The notes beneath the pieces were generated by a model that saw nothing but the letters and a program-made list of their open reading frames with translations, was not told the origin of the DNA and did no database searches. A DNA stretch of 62,899 nucleotides, counting the filler, from Stramenopiles sp. TOSAG23-3 (Eukaryota): NCBI GenBank assembly GCA_900128585.1. It is 24 parts of 24 records of this genome, joined end to end, with 100 filler letters (N's around TTAATTAATTAA, not from the genome) between each part and the next. Parts side by side here need not be neighbours in the genome. Positions count along the whole stretch, not along the records: positions 57,788 to 60,293 come from LT644767.1; positions 60,394 to 62,899 come from LT644768.1; 22 more parts are not named here. One strand, 5' to 3'. Numbering within the stretch: position 1 is the first letter of the stretch; the number at the start of each line of letters is the position of its first letter. Positions 58,525-62,899 of this stretch are shown here, in pieces. Both the position numbers and the translations under genes were made by a program.

Positions 58525-59656
58525 TGGATGGTTGTGTGTGTGGGGCGAGACGCGATGGAAACGATGGGGTCCTCAAAAAAATGCAACAAAACCACTGGTT
58601 AAAATCAAATGTGTGTATAAAAATTAATTGTAAATCCTTGCCTCACTCTTTCTCCTCTAACTTAAAGTAACCGTCTTGCACCGGCTCCTTCTTCTTTCCA
58701 GCAAAGATGCCTTTTCTAGAGACAACGTAGTTACTACACAAGAATACACATTTTTTGTATAATTTTTTGTCAGATGATCGATCGATCGATCTACCAATGG
58801 TTCTTAGTTGTTGTGTCGTTGTAATATATTATTGTTTTTTTTTTGGGATGAGGAGATGTCAAAAAAAGTTGAAGAAGAAGAGGAGATAGAACGACTATGA
58901 AAAAAAACAATAATAATATAAATAAGCTTAAATAATAAAAAACATAAAATATAAATATCATCACACAGCATCTACATTTGGAGTCAGTTTAAAAATTAAA
59001 AGATCGAATAATGAAAGAAGAAGATAGAAAGATAGAAGAAGAAGAATATTTTTTTATTATTATTTTTATATTATTACAGTATTATTTTTATAGGTACAGG
59101 TACGGAACAGGTAACGACAGTATTAATACGGTACCGTACCTGTACTGAATTACAATGAAGAATGGCACGCGTCGTCGTTATTTAAAAAAAATAAAAACTA
59201 TATACTCACTATTACTAAAAAACCGCTCTTTTTTATTGGCTTTTCCCTGCTGCTAGTTGTTATTTTACCTGATGATGCTGTGATTATGATGATGATTTAA
59301 TTTGAGAGAAATATGTTGTCGTCGATCGGAGGATGATGATCATAAATCGAATGTTTCTTATCCAATTTTTACAAAGATATTTTAATGCTATTCAATGTAT
59401 TAATGTTCTTTTTTAATTTTATTCGATCGAAGAATTCTTCTTTCTTTTTTTCGTGGCCTGTTACTTCTTTCTTGTTGTTGCACCAATAATTCGAATTCAA
59501 ACCATTGAACAATCATAACACTAATACCTTACCTCTTCTTGGGGAAATATTTGTCAATGTTCACATCTTTTGACAAGTAAAGGTAACTAACCCGGCAAAG
59601 AGTTATGCAGTAAGCAACTAGTTACACACACGTTTTCCAGTAAAAAAACTAGCGAT

Positions 59657-60293
59657 ATGGGCGACAACGTGATAGACTTGGCTGATGTCGAGATGACTCC
59701 AAACCCGCTTAAGCACGCAGCTAGTCATGTGCGCTTCAAATCGCTAGCGAAAGCAACGGTTGGGATCGGCAGGGCAGCAAAACATCACAGTGTTGATATT
59801 TCCAGTAAAAAGCGCAGGTTTTCTTCTGCAAATACATTTGATTCTGCTATCAATTCCATTCCCGGACGTCCTCACATATTGCACAATGGGGAAGCGTTCT
59901 GGTGGGCTCTCCTGGTTCATCTGCTCTACCCTTTCGGAACATTCTATGTGTATTTCTTCAATGGGAAACAGGCATTCATAAACATGCGCCTGGGGTGTTC
60001 TGGATTCACGCCAATAATGTTTACTCATATTTTATTTGCCTGCCCATTGATCGCCTTAGTTTGGATCATTTTTGACCCAGCAGCAGGTAAGCAGTACGCC
60101 GCTGAAATTGCCGTGTTATGGTTTTCCCATTTTTCCCGTATCGTTGGAATTGCAGTCAAGTATAGCCACGTCAGCCCTCCTGAACTACATACATTCTTAA
60201 CAACGACCCAAGAGGAAGCAGAGAGAATCCAGGGTAATCTGATGTTACCAACAGGATGGTTTGCACCATCATATGACCAGTGGATGGTGATGA
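59657..60293 (+). CDS. N-terminal part of a multi-pass membrane protein, probable paralogue of the upstream gene (3'-truncated)
   Basis: ATG at 59657; TMs FWWALLVHLLYP, MFTHILFACPLIALVWII, RIVGIAVKY; LPTGW. Confidence 0.6.
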
Positions 60294-60725
60294 NNNNNNN
60301 NNNNNNNNNNNNNNNNNNNNNNNNNNNNNNNNNNNNNTTAATTAATTAANNNNNNNNNNNNNNNNNNNNNNNNNNNNNNNNNNNNNNNNNNNNTTTTTAT
60401 ATATAAAAAAAGAAACTAATGATATACATAGTATGTTTTAAGACTCTCAAGATTATCCCAATTGTAGAACTGATCTAAATTTGCAACTGCTAAAATTTAT
60501 ATCACTTAAAGTTGGTCGGTACCTCCTTTGTCGTTCCTACAATACATTCTATCATTCGACCCAGTTCCCAATCATAATCTTCAAAACTTCGTACCATCTC
60601 ATCCGTTTTTATACATAATATATACGCGATCGTACAATTGATTGGACGACTTAACATACATTCATTACACCAAAATTCAAACGATTTCTAGGAAGTTGAT
60701 AAAAAACTCTTCAACAATTCAACTT

Positions 60726-61370
60726 TCAAGCACGACTTTCTCCAGCGCTGTTCTTAACACGATCAAGGGCCTGTTCTGCTACTATTCTCTTTTCCCGTTC
60801 TTCTTCCAACACGCGCTCCAAGCGCTCTATGCGATTCAGAATTTCTGTGGTGGCACCGCTTCCCAAAGAAGACAATCCAATGCTCGACGCCGACGTTCTT
60901 GCTGAAAGTTCTCGCCGTGACGAACGGCTGGATTGGCGCTTCAGGTTTTGCCTTTTTTTTGACCTGGTCGTTGACATTTTCTCCAAGTTCTTCTGGGTCA
61001 ATTTCATCATTGGCAGGCCTGGTACTATTTGGGAATTGGGCGGCCTTTGGTGTCCTTTCGCCTTTACGGTATGTTTTCTGCTGCCTTCAGACCTATGCGA
61101 AGCGTTAGAGCGAGCCGACAGTGCTAAGCGATCACTACTTTGATTTCCCATTTCTCCCTCTCGGGTACCCCTCCGGGACGACTTCTGGGGAAGAAGTACA
61201 TTATTTTCTTGCCTTGCCCTGGGCTTTCCCGTCTTTCTCATCTTAAAACCTTCTCCCGTAATAGGGTTTCTAAAAACTCGTTTCTCTTTTGATACTGCGC
61301 CTTCTTCACGATCAATGCGGTGTCTCCACTGGTGATCACGTTGCACTGAGTCAAAACGTCTACGTTTCAT
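60726..61370 (-). CDS. Basic disordered protein with C-terminal coiled coil
   Basis: RNPITGEG motif; ILNRIERLERVLEEEREKRIVAEQAL. Confidence 0.7.
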   Translation of the reverse strand: MKRRRFDSVQRDHQWRHRIDREEGAVSKEKRVFRNPITGEGFKMRKTGKPRARQENNVLLPQKSSRRGTREGEMGNQSSDRLALSARSNASHRSEGSRKHTVKAKGHQRPPNSQIVPGLPMMKLTQKNLEKMSTTRSKKRQNLKRQSSRSSRRELSARTSASSIGLSSLGSGATTEILNRIERLERVLEEEREKRIVAEQALDRVKNSAGESRA

Positions 61371-62096
61371 GCGGGAAAGAATGACAGAATGCCAAAACAG
61401 GTGTGTTAGAGATGGTGTTCTTCCGAAGTCAAGGGTTGGGATTAATGCTACTTACGTTACTCCAAAAGGCACGTCTTGCGAGTACATTTTACGCTGAAGG
61501 TCCAATCAGAAATTTATACGAATAAAATATTGAAAAACGCCTGTGGGGTGGTCTTTATAAAATATTTCCTTATTAAACGGATTATTACGTTTGTTTTTCA
61601 GAACGCAAAGCTTGTTTTCATTCCAAAGATTTGGAAAAGGAAGAAATTGGTTTTGCGAATTATGAATAATTGTACAAATACAGGACGAAGAAATAATCTA
61701 AATTATTTAGTATTATTATTATTATTTTTGTTTTTTTTTTTTTTTTTTGCGCAAAAAAATAATAATAATATATATGTATGAGGAGGAGATATGATGATGA
61801 GAAAAGAAGATCATTCATCGACGACACAGGAAGGAAGAGGAGAGGAAGGAGGAAGAGAAAAAGGAAGAGAAGAAAGGAGTTTTGTGTTATTAATATGATG
61901 ACATGCTTGAATAGACAGTACTATATAGCATCAACATTAAATGTACGTTGGGTCTGCTATATATATAGGAATAGCTTCAATATGGATTTCGTTCCTTTAA
62001 GTATATATTATAATAGATATATTGTATAGCTATTCGCGTACTGAAACGTCATATAATTCTTGAAATCATCGCTCATTACCGGGTACCAATTAACAC

Positions 62097-62448
62097 CAAA
62101 AGAAAAGGAAAGAAGAAGAAGAAAGAAAAGAAAGAAAAGAAAGAAAAGAAAGAAAAGAAAGAAAAGAAAGAAAAGAAAGAAAAAAAGAAGAAAGAAAAGA
62201 AAGAAAGAAAAGAAAAGAAAGAAAAGAAAGAAAGAAAAGAAAGAAAAGAAAGAAAAGAAAGAAAAAAAAGAAAAAAGAAAAAAAAGAAAGAAAGAAAAAA
62301 AGAAAGAAAAGAAGAAGGAAAAGAAAGAAAGAAAAGAAAGAAAAGAAGAAAGAAAAGAAAGAAAGAAAAGAAAGAAAAGAAAGAAAGAAAAGAAAGAAAA
62401 GAAAGAAAAGAAAGAAAGAAAAAAGAAAAGAAAGAAAAAAAGAAAGAA
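62097..62448 (+). repeat. ~350-bp pure-purine (GAAA/GAAAA)n tract
   Basis: Direct observation. Confidence 0.95.
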
Positions 62449-62899
62449 GCAACAACAAATATTATTATGGTCTACTCGGTAGAAGTCCGAAGAGCCTCTC
62501 CTCTTTCTTTATTATCTGTTACTCCCTTTTCATACTTTTATGGATTTCCTTTTCTTATTACTATTATTATACTTGGTACTACGGTACCTGTACAAAGAAC
62601 ATCAATCAAAAAGAAGGCACAAACAACACAGCATTGCAGGAAGAAAGAACAGCAAAGAAGGAAGAAGAAGAAGTTGTTGAAGAAGAAGAACATAAATGTT
62701 GCATGATGATGGTGTCTGAAAGAATACACAAATGGCCAGTTTTAAAATGTGGTAGTGCAATATTATTATTTAAATTATACAAGTGACTGTATAGATACTT
62801 ATTTTTAAATGCAAAAGAACAAACGACAGGACGTGCTAAAGCGTTCGTGTTGCACAAGCAAAAACTTATACCTTTCTCAAGTTCGACGACCACACAAAA

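Noticed and set aside
2539..60393. Regularly spaced TTAATTAATTAA every ~2.6 kb, resembling an array or piggyBac TTAA sites
   Set aside because: Artificial six-frame-stop linker inside N runs; the regular spacing reflects size-sorted contigs
62060..62482. Lys/Arg/Glu-rich and Phe/Leu-rich ORFs (also at 1920-2288, 8043, 28683, 29052, 54853)
   Set aside because: Translations of microsatellites
1..62899. tRNA, rRNA, snRNA, CRISPR arrays, intact transposases or viral genes
   Set aside because: None recognised by eye; a covariance-model search (tRNAscan-SE, Infernal/Rfam) is needed to exclude small RNAs

Overview
This is not a contiguous locus. It is 24 unrelated contigs of about 2.5 kb, sorted by decreasing length (2538 down to 2506 bp) and joined by an artificial 100-nt spacer (44N-TTAATTAATTAA-44N), so adjacency across spacers means nothing. 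The source is a compact, intron-poor eukaryote using the standard code, probably a heterotrophic protist such as a marine stramenopile (inference). An inverted chimera suggests single-cell MDA amplification. Recognisable genes: GET1/WRB, Sds22/PPP1R7, NUDT19-like, OSCP1, DAP3, golgin-84 C-terminus, TPS/TPP C-terminus, Orai, an amidohydrolase_2, and Sel1, BTB, EF-hand, multi-PDZ, IQ-WW and methyltransferase-TPR proteins. The most interesting observations are: (i) a secreted cystine-knot + di-iron ferritin-like fusion protein; (ii) two tandem PHTF-like (7TM ion channel superfamily) genes; (iii) a modular palindromic repeat family in 3' intergenic DNA of at least 7 unlinked contigs, a separate MITE-like element, and a GGTAC hairpin family; (iv) a duplicated micro-ORF start with synonymous divergence. 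I found no RNA gene, CRISPR array or complete multi-gene novel system. All family calls come from motif recognition by eye, not from database searches.
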